Shown here in pieces: positions 12,071-25,230 of a stretch of 64,000 bases of DNA. The stretch is from Octopus vulgaris (Eukaryota): NCBI GenBank assembly GCA_951406725.2, contig OX597816.1, positions 108,066,001-108,130,000 on the forward strand, given 5' to 3'. The position numbers and the translations under genes were made by a program. How positions within the stretch are numbered: the stretch's first letter is position 1; each line of letters opens with the position of its first letter. Under the pieces are notes generated by a model. The model did no database searches. It saw nothing but the letters and a program-made list of their open reading frames with translations, and was not told where the DNA came from.

Positions 12071-12685
12071 TTTTATGTATCGATTAAATGAGTGTAATTG
12101 TACTTCATCTGTTAATTAATTAAATAAATAAATGAATAATGAAATTCAACAAGGAATCGAAAGCAAACCAATCACTTGCATCAGTGAATCCTCACGCTTG
12201 CTCTATGACGGTGGTGGCAGTGGACGTGTTTGTCATTTCTACCTCGATATCACACATAATTTTTTTCCAATATCAATGTGCGATGTCGAGTTTTTGCAAG
12301 TTTTCCCTCTTTCATATATTAACATATTTAACGTAATTAAAACGCAATTTCTCCTTGAGACCGATAATAAATGAAGGCATTGCTTCAGATTTCCTTGGTT
12401 ATATCAGTCAAACGACTGTCTGCAGTGACGTCAATAGTTTTATGAATGCAAGAAAGCTGGACAAAAGATCGATCGATGATTTTGGAATAGATTCGGTTAG
12501 TAACATAATAGTAAAACCTCACATTGCAAGTACTATTTATACTTGACATGACAAGGATTATTTTTAAGAACTTCGGAAAGGTTCTTAGTACCATTTTCCA
12601 GAACTAAACATTGTTTTTCTAAATTTTTTCTATTGTTAGCATATTGTTTTAGTGGAGCATTTCTTTATTTCGAAGGAGTTGCTTT

Positions 12686-12802
12686 GTATGTATGTATGTA
12701 TGTATGTATGTATGTATGTATGTATGTATGTATGTATGTATGTATGTATGTATGTATGTATGTATGTATGTATGTATGTATGTATGTATGTATGTATGTA
12801 TG
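12686..12802. repeat. (TATG)n microsatellite
   Basis: Directly visible. Confidence 0.98.
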
Positions 12803-13223
12803 CATGCATGTATGTATGTATATCTGTGTGTGTATGCATGTACGTATATAGGCATGCATGAATGCTTGTCTGTGTATATATGCATACATTCACGTATGCC
12901 TGTAGACAGGCGAATGTTACGTTCATTTGTATAAGATATGTCATGTTTAAAAATAGTTCTTGCTAATGAATGTACACAGGAATACGTCAGCATTTTCAAT
13001 ATTCAGGCATGTATATATTAAGTCTATCATTACTTAGGAAATCTGCTTATCTATCAAAATGTTCTCTGCCACATCCTTGTATCATTCCGCTGAATGCTAC
13101 TAAGTCATATGCGTGCATCAGTGACATATACATACTCATATACACAGACACTTAAACACATGCGTATGTGTGTGTGTGTCTGTGTGCGTGTATATATAAA
13201 TATGTGTGTGTGTGTGTATACAA

Positions 13224-13274
<51 letters not shown>

Positions 13275-13294
13275 TAAGAGGGATCTTATAGCGT

Positions 13295-13485
13295 ATTTAT
13301 TTTCATCATTAGACTGAGGCCATTCTGTGGCATCACCAGGAAGACTCTAGTCAAACGAAACGACTCCAGCAATTATGTTTTAAAGCCCGAGAATATTCTA
13401 TAATTCTCATTTGTTGATCCGCTCGGTTACTGGGATGTCATGTCAAAACCGGTTACCAAGTGGTCGTGGTGGGACAGGCACAAAA
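13295..13485 (-). mobile_element. SINE family B, diverged 3' half
   Basis: Reverse complement resembles the 3' half of 54382-54795. Confidence 0.6.
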
Positions 13486-13962
13486 ATATATGCACCTAGA
13501 CATGAGGGTATTTTGTGCAGTTTCTGCCGCCACTGCACAATACTGTGGTGAACACAGGTATCGTGCAATGCAACCGAATATGGAAAACGGGATGAGATGA
13601 TTTGCCACAGCTTTTTGAAACAGAGAAACTGGCACAGCTTAGTGGACTCTCGGATTGCATTGGAGACCTTGGTTTTGGTACTGGATGCAAACACACACAC
13701 ACACTCGCATACACACACATGCACACACATACGTATGTATATACAGAAATACACACATACAACTTTATTGTGTTAGAGGGAGAAAGAAACAAGGAGAGAG
13801 AGGAAGCGATAGAGAGGGGAAACAGGAGTGAGAGAGGAAGCATGAGAGAGAGAAAGGAAGTGGCAGAGAGAGACATTGCAATTTATTAATTGAATACGAT
13901 CGTCATGAACACTTTCTCTCTCCTAATGCACTTAAAAAAAATATGCTTACACACATAAACAC

Positions 13963-14011
<49 letters not shown>

Positions 14012-14161
14012 AGGGAAGAGGATGTATGAGGCAAAAAGAGAACGAGAAAAACATTAAAATGTCTGATGATAAATAAGTTAGCGTCGAATCAGCCACGTCA
14101 AATAAGCAGTGCCAAATTGGCTCTGCCAAAACGTCTTATGCTTATATATTTATCTATTTGC

Positions 14162-14192
<31 letters not shown>

Positions 14193-14230
14193 CATACATA
14201 CATACATACATACATTATTTTTTATTTTAT

Positions 14231-14545
14231 GGCTGCCCCTCGTTATCGAGTATGGCCATCGCACGAAGCTTAACTGTTGCTGGTGCTGTGATCGAATGTG
14301 ACTTTTTAGCCCAGCTAAAGATCTACAATGTCTTGTACAGAATTGGCAACTAATACCTTTACCGGTAATAGCCGGCTGTAGTTGTAACTGGGCTTCATGT
14401 ACCTTTGTATGTTGTTTAAGTCCTCCTGCCGAATTACACTCTGTTCCACATGCCCGACTGATATGATTAGTATGGTGTGTTACACCACCACCAGTGGCCA
14501 GGTTGTCACTCATCTGTCTCGCTTTATGACTACAAAGATGACTCT
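14231..14545 (-). mobile_element. RTE-like LINE 3' end with two C2H2 fingers
   Basis: SRACGTECNSAGGLKQHTKVH and CQFCTRHCRSLAGLKSHIRSQH, then the short stem-loop tail ggccatactcgataacgaggggcagcc. Flanked by (ATAC)n. Confidence 0.65.
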
Positions 14546-14696
14546 TGAGTCATACATACATAGACACACACATACAAACACACACACACACACACATACA
14601 TACATACATACATACATACATACATACATACATACATACATACATACATACATACATTCCTACATATATTCCTACATACATACATGCATACATGCT

Positions 14697-15078
14697 AGTT
14701 GTCTACTCCTTATGCAAAGTCTGAACACCTCCTGTATCTACGCCGTAGCACAATCATGGCGTCTGATGTGGCTTTTTTAAACAAGACAATGTTCTGAAAA
14801 GACACCCACATAGATTGCACCTCCGATTTGGACCACCAAGAGCTACAGATAAGTTCTGCACTTTGTGGATCTTAAAATGTCTTTTGAGGCCTCCGTTTGA
14901 TTTGCAAACCTTCTGGCATACGCTGCATTCAAAGGTGTACACAGACATATAGGCAGAATAGTTGATGGAGGTTCGTTTTTCATGCGTTCGCAGATGAGTT
15001 TGAGGCCAGCAAAAGACAGGCATGGTTTGTCACAGACTGTGCACACAAAAAGGTCATTGTCATTCACCTTCTCGATCG

Positions 15079-15080
<2 letters not shown>
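14697..15080 (-). mobile_element. RTE-like LINE 3' end with three C2H2 fingers (frameshifted)
   Basis: CTVCDKPCLSFAGL/THLRTH, CSVCQKVCKSNGGLKRHFKIH and CNLCGCLFRTLSCLK. Flanked by (ATAC)n on both sides. Confidence 0.65.
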
Positions 15081-15109
<29 letters not shown>

Positions 15110-15174
15110 CATACATACATACATACATACATACGTACATACATACATACATACATACATACATACATACATAG

Positions 15175-15482
15175 TTACTCTCTCCGGGTTACAGGTTCAG
15201 GTGTACATCTGTAAATATTGGGGCCCTGGGATATGTAACACACTGCCTAAATAGCAATCTTGTAAAATTAGGCTTCCCAAAGCCAGAAAGGAGAAAGCTA
15301 ATTCGAAGGCTACAGATCCAATCCATCACCGAAACTGCAAAAATCTATAAAATTTTCCATAAGAATCGTAAGAAAAAATATCCTGTTCTTGATGTTGAAA
15401 TTTCAGTGAAGGAACCTTGGATCTAGGTTAGAAACCGGTTCTTTCTCTTTAGGCAAGAAGTGTTGAAATAAACTGAATAATG
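15175..15482 (+). mobile_element. RLE-type LINE 3' fragment, (ATAC)n-associated family, copy 1
   Basis: IGALGYVTHCLNSNLVKLGFPKPERRKLIRRLQIQSI. 3' UTR shared with 15520-16010. Confidence 0.8.
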
Positions 15483-15519
15483 ACATCCACACGTACATAC
15501 ATACACACATACATACATC

Positions 15520-16010
15520 CAGTGGAAATTAGCTGCCCAGTGTAATTAGCTGAAGATCAGTGTAAAAGAGAATACCTACGCTGAACTATTGAAAAATCTG
15601 CAGTTACTCTATCCAGATTACAAGTTCACGCTTATATCTGTAATTATTGGGACTCTGGGATATGTAACTCACTGCCTAAATACCAATCTTGAGAAATTAG
15701 GCTTCCCAAAACCAAAAAGGAGAATGCTAAGTCGAAGGCTACAGATCCAATTCATTACTGGAAGTGTAAAAAAATATAAAACTTACCAGAGGTTTATCAT
15801 TTAAGTATATATGAGCATGTCTAGATATGCAAGTATATGCACGAGAAGACATACATAAAGCAAAACATACAAATCTGCACTTATACATACATACAAGCAT
15901 ACAAAGATACCCTGTTGTTGATGTTGAAATTCTAATGAAGCCTTGAATCTAGGTTAGAAACCGGCTCTTTCTCTATTGGCAAGAAAACTTGAAATAAACT
16001 GAATAATGAC
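15520..16010 (+). mobile_element. RLE-type LINE 3' fragment, (ATAC)n-associated family, copy 2
   Basis: VEISCP..KENTYAELLKNLQLLYPDYKFTLISVIIGTLGYV. Ends ...ctgaataatgac followed by (ATAC)n. Confidence 0.85.
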
Positions 16011-16258
<248 letters not shown>

Positions 16259-16354
16259 CGTTGTTTTTTTGTTACCTACATTCCACCATTGTTACCTACA
16301 TTCCAACTATGAAGCATTGTATCTTCGGTGGAAACCAGTTCCTTTCTGACTCCT

Positions 16355-16385
16355 CCTTCTGTCGAAGAGTTATGCTCGAAACTTA
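16355..16385 (+). ncRNA. Degenerate hammerhead-like motif (variant core CUGUCGAA)
   Basis: CTGTCGAA-GAG-ttatg-CTC-GAAA-CT-TA, same layout as the copies at 45313, 55418 and 57067. Helix I is lost. Confidence 0.35.
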
Positions 16386-17336
16386 ATACACACTCATTTT
16401 TCCATCTTATACTGAGCATCAACCTGATATAATCCATGCGTACGTCCTTTTGACTTTTGTTGTTTTATTTATATACATACATGTATACATATATACATAC
16501 ATATATATATATATTTGTATATATATTAAGTTATACATACACACGTAGATACACACAAACACACATATAAACGTACGGAAACACATGTACACACATGCTC
16601 ATACATCCACACATACGTAACCGCATATGTCAATCTACTTCTCAATTTCCATAAGTTTTAGTGAATGCATCTTGCGTTATACAAATACACCGTTATGTTT
16701 GAGTGAGAATATTTATCTACCAAGTATTCACTACTTTGCAGCCTCATTCCAGTATTAAATCACAACTTGGTCACCTTCATAATGTATCAGCGAATATAGT
16801 TTCCTCTGCAATATTATTTTATCGACACAGAAGACAAATTTCTTAATTTAAACGAACAACTTCATGAAAGCGTGAGAAATAGTTTGGCTATATCAATTCT
16901 ATAAATATATATATATATATTGTAACTTATAGCTAGCTTTTTTGCAAATATGTGTGCATGCTGAAAAATATTTCTTCATAGGCATGAATACGTTCGTGTG
17001 TTGATTATTTAGTATGTGATGTGTCTGTGTGTCTGTAAATGACACATGTTTTCGTGTGTGTGTTTCATAAGTGTTTACGTGTGCATGTTTCTGACTACAA
17101 GACATGTTACAGTTATTCTTAGGCTAAGGCAATTTTTGTTCCAAACATTATTTTATGTGAATTTTTCGAAAGTAATTACTTCGAAAACCTTGGTGAAGTA
17201 TCTTAATGGTTAAATCTTGTTTTCTTCCCTCTCCTGGCAGCAATTAAATGACTACGTATTGCTGGTCACATTTCTATGCTACTCAGTCACAAGATACATT
17301 TTACCAATGGAGCATAACTGACAATCAATCTGTAGA

Positions 17337-17770
<434 letters not shown>

Positions 17771-17941
17771 TGGTTTGTATATATGTTTATTTCATATATA
17801 TGTGTGTGTGTGTTTGTGTGTATAGAAATACATAAGACATATGAACGTACCACAACTTATTCTGACAAATCCTGGAGGAATGATTTTTATAAGCAATCAA
17901 ATATACATAAGTTTTGGCTAATAATATTATTTCTAGTATTA

Positions 17942-18132
17942 AGACGGTAGGCTGACAGAATCGTTATCGCGCCGAGAAAAATGCTTCCAATTTGATTTCA
18001 AATTCAGCTGAGGCTGATTTGTCTTTCATCCTTACCGGTCTCATTAGAATAAGAACCAGTAGAACACTGCGATCGATGTGATCGACTTAAACCCCATCCC
18101 CTGAAATTGCTGGCCTTGTGCCAAAATTTGAA
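17942..18132 (+). mobile_element. SINE family A, diverged
   Basis: gctgacagaatcgtta..cgccg..aaatgct..ctttcatcc..gtgccaaaatttgaaa. Confidence 0.8.
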
Positions 18133-18280
18133 ATCAAAATTACTTCTAATACTATATATCTTAAATAGTAGTAGCAGCAGCAACAATAGTGGTAGTAGTA
18201 GGAGGAGGAAGAGGTGGAGGAGCCCCAGCAGCAGTAAAACAAGAGCAGTAACAAACTCAAATTGATGCAACATTAAATGC

Positions 18281-18587
18281 TATTTCGTTTTTGGATTTGG
18301 TTTACAAGATTCTTTATATGAGTTCGTGTGTTGAAGCATATTCTGTTGTGTCCGGGGAGAGTCATTTTCCTTTTGTGCCTTATAATGTAACACACTCTCC
18401 GGTAAAATTTCCACTTATTTCCTATTTTTCGTTGCGTTTTGCAACCTTTTCAATAGTCTTGAAAAGGTTGCAAGACAACGAAAGTTTTAGGAAAATAAAA
18501 ATAAGAAATAAGTGGAAATTTTACCGGTGAGTGTGTTACATTATAAGGCACAAAAAGAAAATGACACTCCCCAGACACAACAGAATT
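18281..18587. mobile_element. Palindromic foldback MITE
   Basis: Arm ~18340-18452 is the reverse complement of ~18458-18586, with a small indel. Second copy at 48660-48917. Confidence 0.85.
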
Positions 18588-18999
18588 AAATACTAGCTGT
18601 AATAAATAGTTCTACTAGATCCATTCTTACCTGGGACAGACCCAGTTTGTACACATATTATACTCCCTATATTTTTTGTAACTGTTTAAACAATCTGTTT
18701 CGCAATTTCTGAAAGAAACATCTGAAGTAAAAGATTAGCCTTAATTAAGCAGATGTATGAATGAAGGCAGACTAATGCAGCGTTTTTTAGTCAGAGTGTG
18801 TCCCACAACTATATATTTCTAGCGTGTAATATTTAGACTGAAGGCTGGAATATCTATGAAGGATGCAGTTACAAAAGTTAGTAACTGAGTAACTGAGTAT
18901 CATTCATTGGCTCGTCATGTATACGGAATTATAACCGTTACGTATAAATAACGTTTCTTTTTCTATGTATACCTGGGCATTTTTGTGTGAGGAATAAAG

Positions 19000-19445
19000 C
19001 AACAGTAAAATCGTCCCTTTCAGTACAGCTACATTATGTTGGCAAATAGTCTTTGCTTTAAAGAACTATTACCGAATATCTCTCGTTGAGGGATTTAGAA
19101 ATACTAATATTTCTGACTGTGCGTCACTTTGATAACTATATGTTCGAACGGTGAATTCAGCAACGCCATCTGGCCAAAGCAGCTACTCTGTGTTGATAAA
19201 GAGCAATAACCCAGAAACTAGTCTACAGGTGTTGCTTTGCGCTAGATGGGAATGTTGAGCTCCGTGCTCGAAAATATAAGGACACAGATAGTTTGTCGTA
19301 TAGCCTATCTAGAAATGATGGGACTAAATCAACAGTAACATCGTCCCTTTCGGGACATCCGCACTATGTTGGTAAATAGCCTTTACTTTAAAGAACTGTT
19401 ACTGAATGTCTCTCGTTGAGAGATTTAGATATAATAATATTTCTG
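19000..19445 (+). repeat. Diverged ~115-bp direct repeat (19000-19115 and 19330-19445)
   Basis: caacagtaa.atcgtccctttc...ctttaaagaact.ttac.gaat.tctctcgttgag.gatttaga...aatatttctg occurs twice. Confidence 0.85.
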
Positions 19446-20498
19446 TTCTATATTTAAGAGATGAGGATTTATGTGCGTTATTTATATTATTTACATTCGA
19501 CGGATGTTTGTCCTCATCTTGTTTGTTGTTAACACAACGTTTCGGCTGATATAACCTCCAGCCTTCATCAGGTGTCTTGGTGAAATTTCGAATCTGGATT
19601 CTCATTCCTAAGGTATTTTTCAATGTTATTATTGTTGTTGTTGTTGTGTGAATTTTAGGGCTTATAAATCTAATATTTTCCTATCCTTCCTTAATACCGG
19701 TTCCCATATACTGCTCATATCTGCATTTGGTCTGCTTAGGAGGTTGTTGTGTCCTAGCATTTGTGCTGCTTCTTTTAGTTTGCGCATTTTCCAGTGGTGT
19801 TCTCTGTCTATTATTTTAACTTCATCACACAGGGGTAGGTGGTCTCCATTATTTCAACATGATCAGCTACACCCGATTGATCAATATCTCCTCGTGTCAC
19901 AGCTTTGCGATGTTCGTCTACCCTTATTTTGAGGGGGTGGCATGTTTCGCATTTGTATAAACTACCACAGCTGCATGGGATGGAGTACACGCAGTCTTTG
20001 GTCATATTCTCTTCTATTGGTGGTTTTACTCGAAGGAGATATTTGCGAAGTGTTGTATTACTCTTGAATACTGTCCTGATGTCATATGGGCCGCATATCT
20101 TTTGTATCTTTTCAGAGAGGCCTTTCATATAGGGTAGACAGGCTGTGGACAGCTTATTGGCCTAATCCTCTCTCTTCTTCATAATTAGAGTGGATAGTAT
20201 ACTTTTGGGGCAGTTGTTGCTTAACAGATCGGTATTGAGCTTGATCATTTCTTCGTAGTGTGTACTTATATTCTTTGTACGATGTTTTAGGTACTGAGCA
20301 ATCCTTCTCTTTACACTGTATGGATGGTGGGAATTGAAGTTGAAGTATTGTCCAGTAAAGGTCGGCTTGCGGTATACGGATGTCCTGAATCCATACTTTG
20401 TGCATGTTATTAATGCGTCCAGGAATGCCAGCTGATTACCTTTTTTTTTTTTTTTTGATGAGGACAAATATCCGTCGAATGTAAATAATATGAATAAT
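19446..20498 (-). mobile_element. 5'-truncated Penelope-like element (RT thumb, GIY-YIG, pLTR)
   Basis: LAFLDALI..TSVYRKPTFTGQYFNFNSHHP (20162..20467) and CVYSIPCSCGSLYKCETCHPLKIRVDEHRK (19811..20128). Hammerhead in the 3' pLTR and an inverted pLTR tail at the 5' end. Confidence 0.92.
19531..19576 (-). ncRNA. Minimal type I hammerhead ribozyme in PLE pLTR
   Basis: GACAC-CUGAUGAA-GGCUG-gagguuauau-CAGCC-GAAA-CG-UU-GUGUU: helix I GACAC/GUGUU, 5-bp helix II, palindromic ACGU helix III, GUU triplet. Confidence 0.8.
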
Positions 20499-20510
20499 AT
20501 TTCTGTTTAT

Positions 20511-20577
<67 letters not shown>

Positions 20578-20579
<2 letters not shown>

Positions 20580-20631
20580 GTAAAGCTTGTAGGTAGATTT
20601 GGTAGACGGAAATCGAAAATACCGTCGTGTA

Positions 20632-20688
<57 letters not shown>

Positions 20689-20700
20689 ATGTGTGTGTGT

Positions 20701-20770
<70 letters not shown>

Positions 20771-20917
20771 AGGTTCGGTAAAAGAGACGGATAAAATAAG
20801 TACAGGGCTTTAAAAATAACTGCCATGGTCAATCTGTTCGACTAAAACCCCTCCGAGGCTGTGCCCCAACATGGCCAGAGTCAGAGGACTGAAACTAGTA
20901 AAAATAAAAGATAAAAG
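20578..20917 (+). mobile_element. SINE family B fragment with expanded internal microsatellite
   Basis: gatttggtagacggaaa...ggttcgg.aaaagaga..gata.aataagtac...gactgaaac.agtaaaa matches 54382-54795. Confidence 0.75.
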
Positions 20918-20976
<59 letters not shown>

Positions 20977-21673
20977 CATATATATATATAATATAAACCT
21001 TTACATAAATAAATAACGTGAAATACACGAAGGGACGAACATAAGAGACAGACGGGTCATTCAAAGCCTTCGTTCTTCAGTCAGAAACCGATTCCTCATC
21101 GCAGATTTCGGGTGTTTAATTCTGAGATCCGCTCTGAATCGGCCAGCCATAGAAGGAAAGAATGCAACGCAACAAAGACGAACATGAAATGAAAAAAACT
21201 TTTTTGAAGACAGTAACGGTTAAAAACATGGATGACACAGGCGCCCTACGGCTTTGAGACAAAAGGAGACACAAAAACAATATCAGCAAGCGTGGAAAAA
21301 TAATTACCTTTTCGGTGATGAGACACATGTTGAACAAGCGGCCGATGGCAACAGAATGGCTGAGGCAGCAAGTCGCAAGAGGGTAACAGAGAGTAGGGTG
21401 TAAGAGAGAGAAAAAGAGGGACAGAGAGAGAGGGGACCAAGGAGGGTGGAAGGCGAGGACATAAGCAGTGACCAAGAGAGAGAGGGAGTAAAGGAATCAG
21501 AGAAGAACCAGTGACCAAGAGAGAGAGGGAGAGAAGGAATCAGAGAGGCTGGGAGAAAAAGGCGCCAAAACAATTTGGCAAAGGAAAGAAAAAGTTTAAA
21601 GACATCGTGCAGGGGTGGTGATATGACAAACATAAAGAGATTATGGACGTACGCTGTGAAATATAATATAAAC

Positions 21674-21719
<46 letters not shown>

Positions 21720-21964
21720 TGGGGTGGGGGAATAAGTTGAAAACAGAACAATTCAAACTTTTTGAGAGGTCCAAAAAGGGAGAAAGAATGATTTCTAATA
21801 AAGATTCATCATATTCATAAAAAAAGCCACAGCATGTAATAAGAATATGAAAATTGTAGTTGAAAAATAACGTTGTAGGTATAAATATATCATAAACAAT
21901 TATAGAAAAATGGAGGAGAAGATGATGTTGCATCAAAATTGGATTAAACAAAATAGGATTCAAT

Positions 21965-22060
21965 ACATACGCGCGTTTCAAAGGACAATACAAATATGTA
22001 AGAAACATGATAACCATAGTAATTATAATTATATTTATGTATTGTCATTCTCATCAGTGT
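21965..22060 (-). ncRNA. Type I hammerhead ribozyme with long helix II, in a (TA)n-flanked insert
   Basis: ACA-CUGAUGA-GAAUGACAAUACA-(45 nt)-UGUAUUGUCCUUU-GAAA-CGCGCG-UA-UGU: 13-position helix II with one mismatch, palindromic helix III, GUA triplet. Confidence 0.7.
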
Positions 22061-22194
22061 GAAGAATATTTGGAAGGACATCAAAAAGGTCTAATAAAAT
22101 AAAGTAAAATAAGATACAATAAGGAGAATACAAAAGGGGTAACAGGAAAAATCAGATATTTACAAGCAAGTGTAAACAATATTTATACATGAAA

Positions 22195-22225
<31 letters not shown>

Positions 22226-22229
22226 TATA

Positions 22230-22332
<103 letters not shown>

Positions 22333-22631
22333 GTACAGGACGTCTGGCTGTCTATCTACTCCTTATTTCGAGCATTCAACAACAGTATGAGTCTTCGAAG
22401 ACAGTTGCTCTCATATCTTCCAACATATATTTTGGATTTAAGGAGGGCCAAAGTTGGGAACAAAAACAGGACAAAGGAGACAGACAAAGAAACCGAACGA
22501 AAACAAACATGGATGGTCGTTAGACCAGAACGAGGTGGGAAATAGTGAACGCTGGAAGAAATATTTTCTTTGAAAAGAGAAAAGATAGGCGTCCAGTCCT
22601 CAAAACGTTCGTGCAGGCAAAGAAATTTGGT

Positions 22632-22681
<50 letters not shown>

Positions 22682-22687
22682 AAAAAA

Positions 22688-22903
22688 TGAGGGAGCGCTG
22701 AAGAGTTCCTGGCTTTGAGGATATTGCAGAAGGCTTAGCTGGAGGTCCAACTTTCCCAGTTCTCTTACAGAGCTTAGAAAAACTGAAGGACTGCTGCAGT
22801 AAATGAGTAAATCTGAGAGGGGAATATGTTGAATAAAATCACCATTAACTGAACTGCTGTATTTTCTTTTACCCAAAGCCAGGAACTCTTCAGCACACCC
22901 TTG
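22688..22903 (+). mobile_element. Mariner-derived MITE
   Basis: TIRs gagggagcgctgaagagttcctggcttt / aaagccaggaactcttcagcacaccctt. Internal LEKLKDCCSK*VNLRGEYVE* matches the mariner transposase C-terminus. Confidence 0.85.
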
Positions 22904-23236
22904 TGTGTACATATATATATAAATATATATATATATAGAGAGAGAGAGAGCGAGAGAGGGGAGAGAGTGAAAGAGAGAGAGTCAGACAGACAGACAGAGA
23001 CAGAGATTGACAGACAGCAGATACACAGACACTAAGACAGACAGGTAGATAAATATGCCGAAAGACAGACAGATAGATATAGATGTAGACCCACCGTTCC
23101 AATGTTAGCGTTTATCAGTCAAAAGTGAAGTGAGCACAAGATTCATGAGGTGTAATATCGTGTCAAAAATATCATATAGATACATAGCCACATAAATATA
23201 CATGCAAACACACGCACAGGTATAAATATTTGCGAG

Positions 23237-23316
<80 letters not shown>

Positions 23317-23684
23317 CGCGCGCGTGCGTGTCCTAGGGATAATAAAAGTAATTAAATATAAGTAATGTCTGATTTGTTTTCCTGCATATGAACTAAAAGT
23401 AGACCTACTGCTATTGTATTGGAAGAATAATTCTATAAGTGTGTAGACACTACATAAATTTCTAAATATAGGTTAAAACAGGACTAAATTCGGTCATAGA
23501 TTCTACAGCTCTGGATTTGCGTCAATTAAACTAATGTTTAATGTGTTTATTTGTAAGTGTACTTAAATATTTCCACATTTTACCTACTCAATTGAATTAT
23601 GTATGTATGTATATTATATATATGTATATGTATATATATGCGTATGGTATATGTATATTATATATATATTATATTATATATATG

Positions 23685-23763
<79 letters not shown>

Positions 23764-23904
23764 GCATGTATGTGAGTAAGTTTGTATTTATGTATTCTTA
23801 TAACAAAGCCAATATCAGTGTGTTAAAGAAAATGTTATATCATTAAAGAACAAGTAATTCTTATTTAACATAACTGTATGTTGGTAATTTTTTCTGGGAC
23901 GCAT

Positions 23905-24060
23905 TAGTTGATATCACCGACACCAATACGTGACTGGTACTTATTTTATCGACCCCAAGGAAGTAAAATGCAAAGTTGACTTCGACGGCAGTTGAACTCA
24001 AATCTAACAAAAAGCAAAAACAAAGCTAAAACAAGTACTACAAAGCATTTTCTGCACTAT
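23905..24060 (-). mobile_element. SINE family A, diverged
   Basis: ctggtacttattttatcgacccc..aaagttgacttcg..tgaactca is the reverse complement of the family A body. Confidence 0.7.
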
Positions 24061-24517
24061 TCTAACAAATCTGCCATTTCACTGCACTTAATGAATAGCC
24101 AAATAAAAGACATGCAAATATAACGGGTGTGTTTCTCAACGGAGGAAGATAGACATTGCCAAAATATACCACATTCACTCTAATGTGTATGTATATCTTG
24201 ATTTGAGAACTTGAGTTGAGACAGTTGATCTTGTCTGTGTTGTCGCTTCTTGGCAGCTGTAGCAAAAAGCTTTTAGTAAGGCCTGCTACTAAACTCGCTA
24301 AGTAAGCCAAAAGTAATTTCCATGTTATGTATAAGTAACTCCTTCAAAATCATAGTTCAGGAACTCATAGGTTCAGACTGACTAAAATTATGATTAAGTA
24401 GATTATCACACGTAATAAAACAGAGAAAACAGTATTGTACTAAACATATCCAATCATTTGCTGCCTCTCCCAGTCAGATGTCTTTCTGTCATCGTGCGTG
24501 TGTATATGCATGTGCGC

Positions 24518-24561
<44 letters not shown>

Positions 24562-24741
24562 GTGTTTATCGGGGTCGATAAAATAAATACCAGTCAGATA
24601 TTAGTGTCGGTGATATCGACGAACCCATCCCAGAAAAATTACCGACATGCAGTTATGTTATATAAGAATTATTTGTTCTATAATAATATAACATTTTCTT
24701 TAACACAATGATTTTGGGTTTGTTACAAGAATACACAAATG

Positions 24742-24819
<78 letters not shown>

Positions 24820-24862
24820 TACACATATATATATATATACACACACATATATATACACACAT

Positions 24863-24893
<31 letters not shown>

Positions 24894-24987
24894 ACACACA
24901 CATATATATATATATATATACATATATATATACATATATATACATACATATATATATATACATATATATACATATATATATATACAT

Positions 24988-25230
24988 AAATTCAAATCGG
25001 ACCATGTTAACACCCAAAATTATTTACATCAACAAGGTGCTTTTTTTCTATGAAAATCTCTATTCTTTAGGATTTTTGACTGCTGTGTCATCATTTTTCG
25101 GTGTATTTCAACTGGAAAAATGTTCATTTGAAGAGAAAAACAAGTTACATAAGGCAAAATTTTTACTTTTCAAAAATTCCAATTCTAAAGGGTCGAAACA
25201 AACCCAAGCAACGCCGGGTGATACTGCTAG
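24988..25230 (+). mobile_element. Non-autonomous Helitron, 3' part
   Basis: Subterminal CCC..GGG hairpin then CTAG|T at 25227-25231. Closely matches 40964-41205 in reverse. Confidence 0.8.

Noticed and set aside
12150-12600. Possible pogo-like transposase C-terminus on the minus strand
   Set aside because: Only vague similarity, with no diagnostic motif intact.
14154-15172. Host C2H2 zinc-finger gene exons
   Set aside because: Frameshifts, no TGEKP-type linkers, microsatellite-bounded ends and LINE-like tails favour a retroelement origin.
22360-22420. Minus-strand GAGCA...TGCTC-GAAA stem
   Set aside because: No CUGANGA core upstream and no cleavage triplet or helix I.
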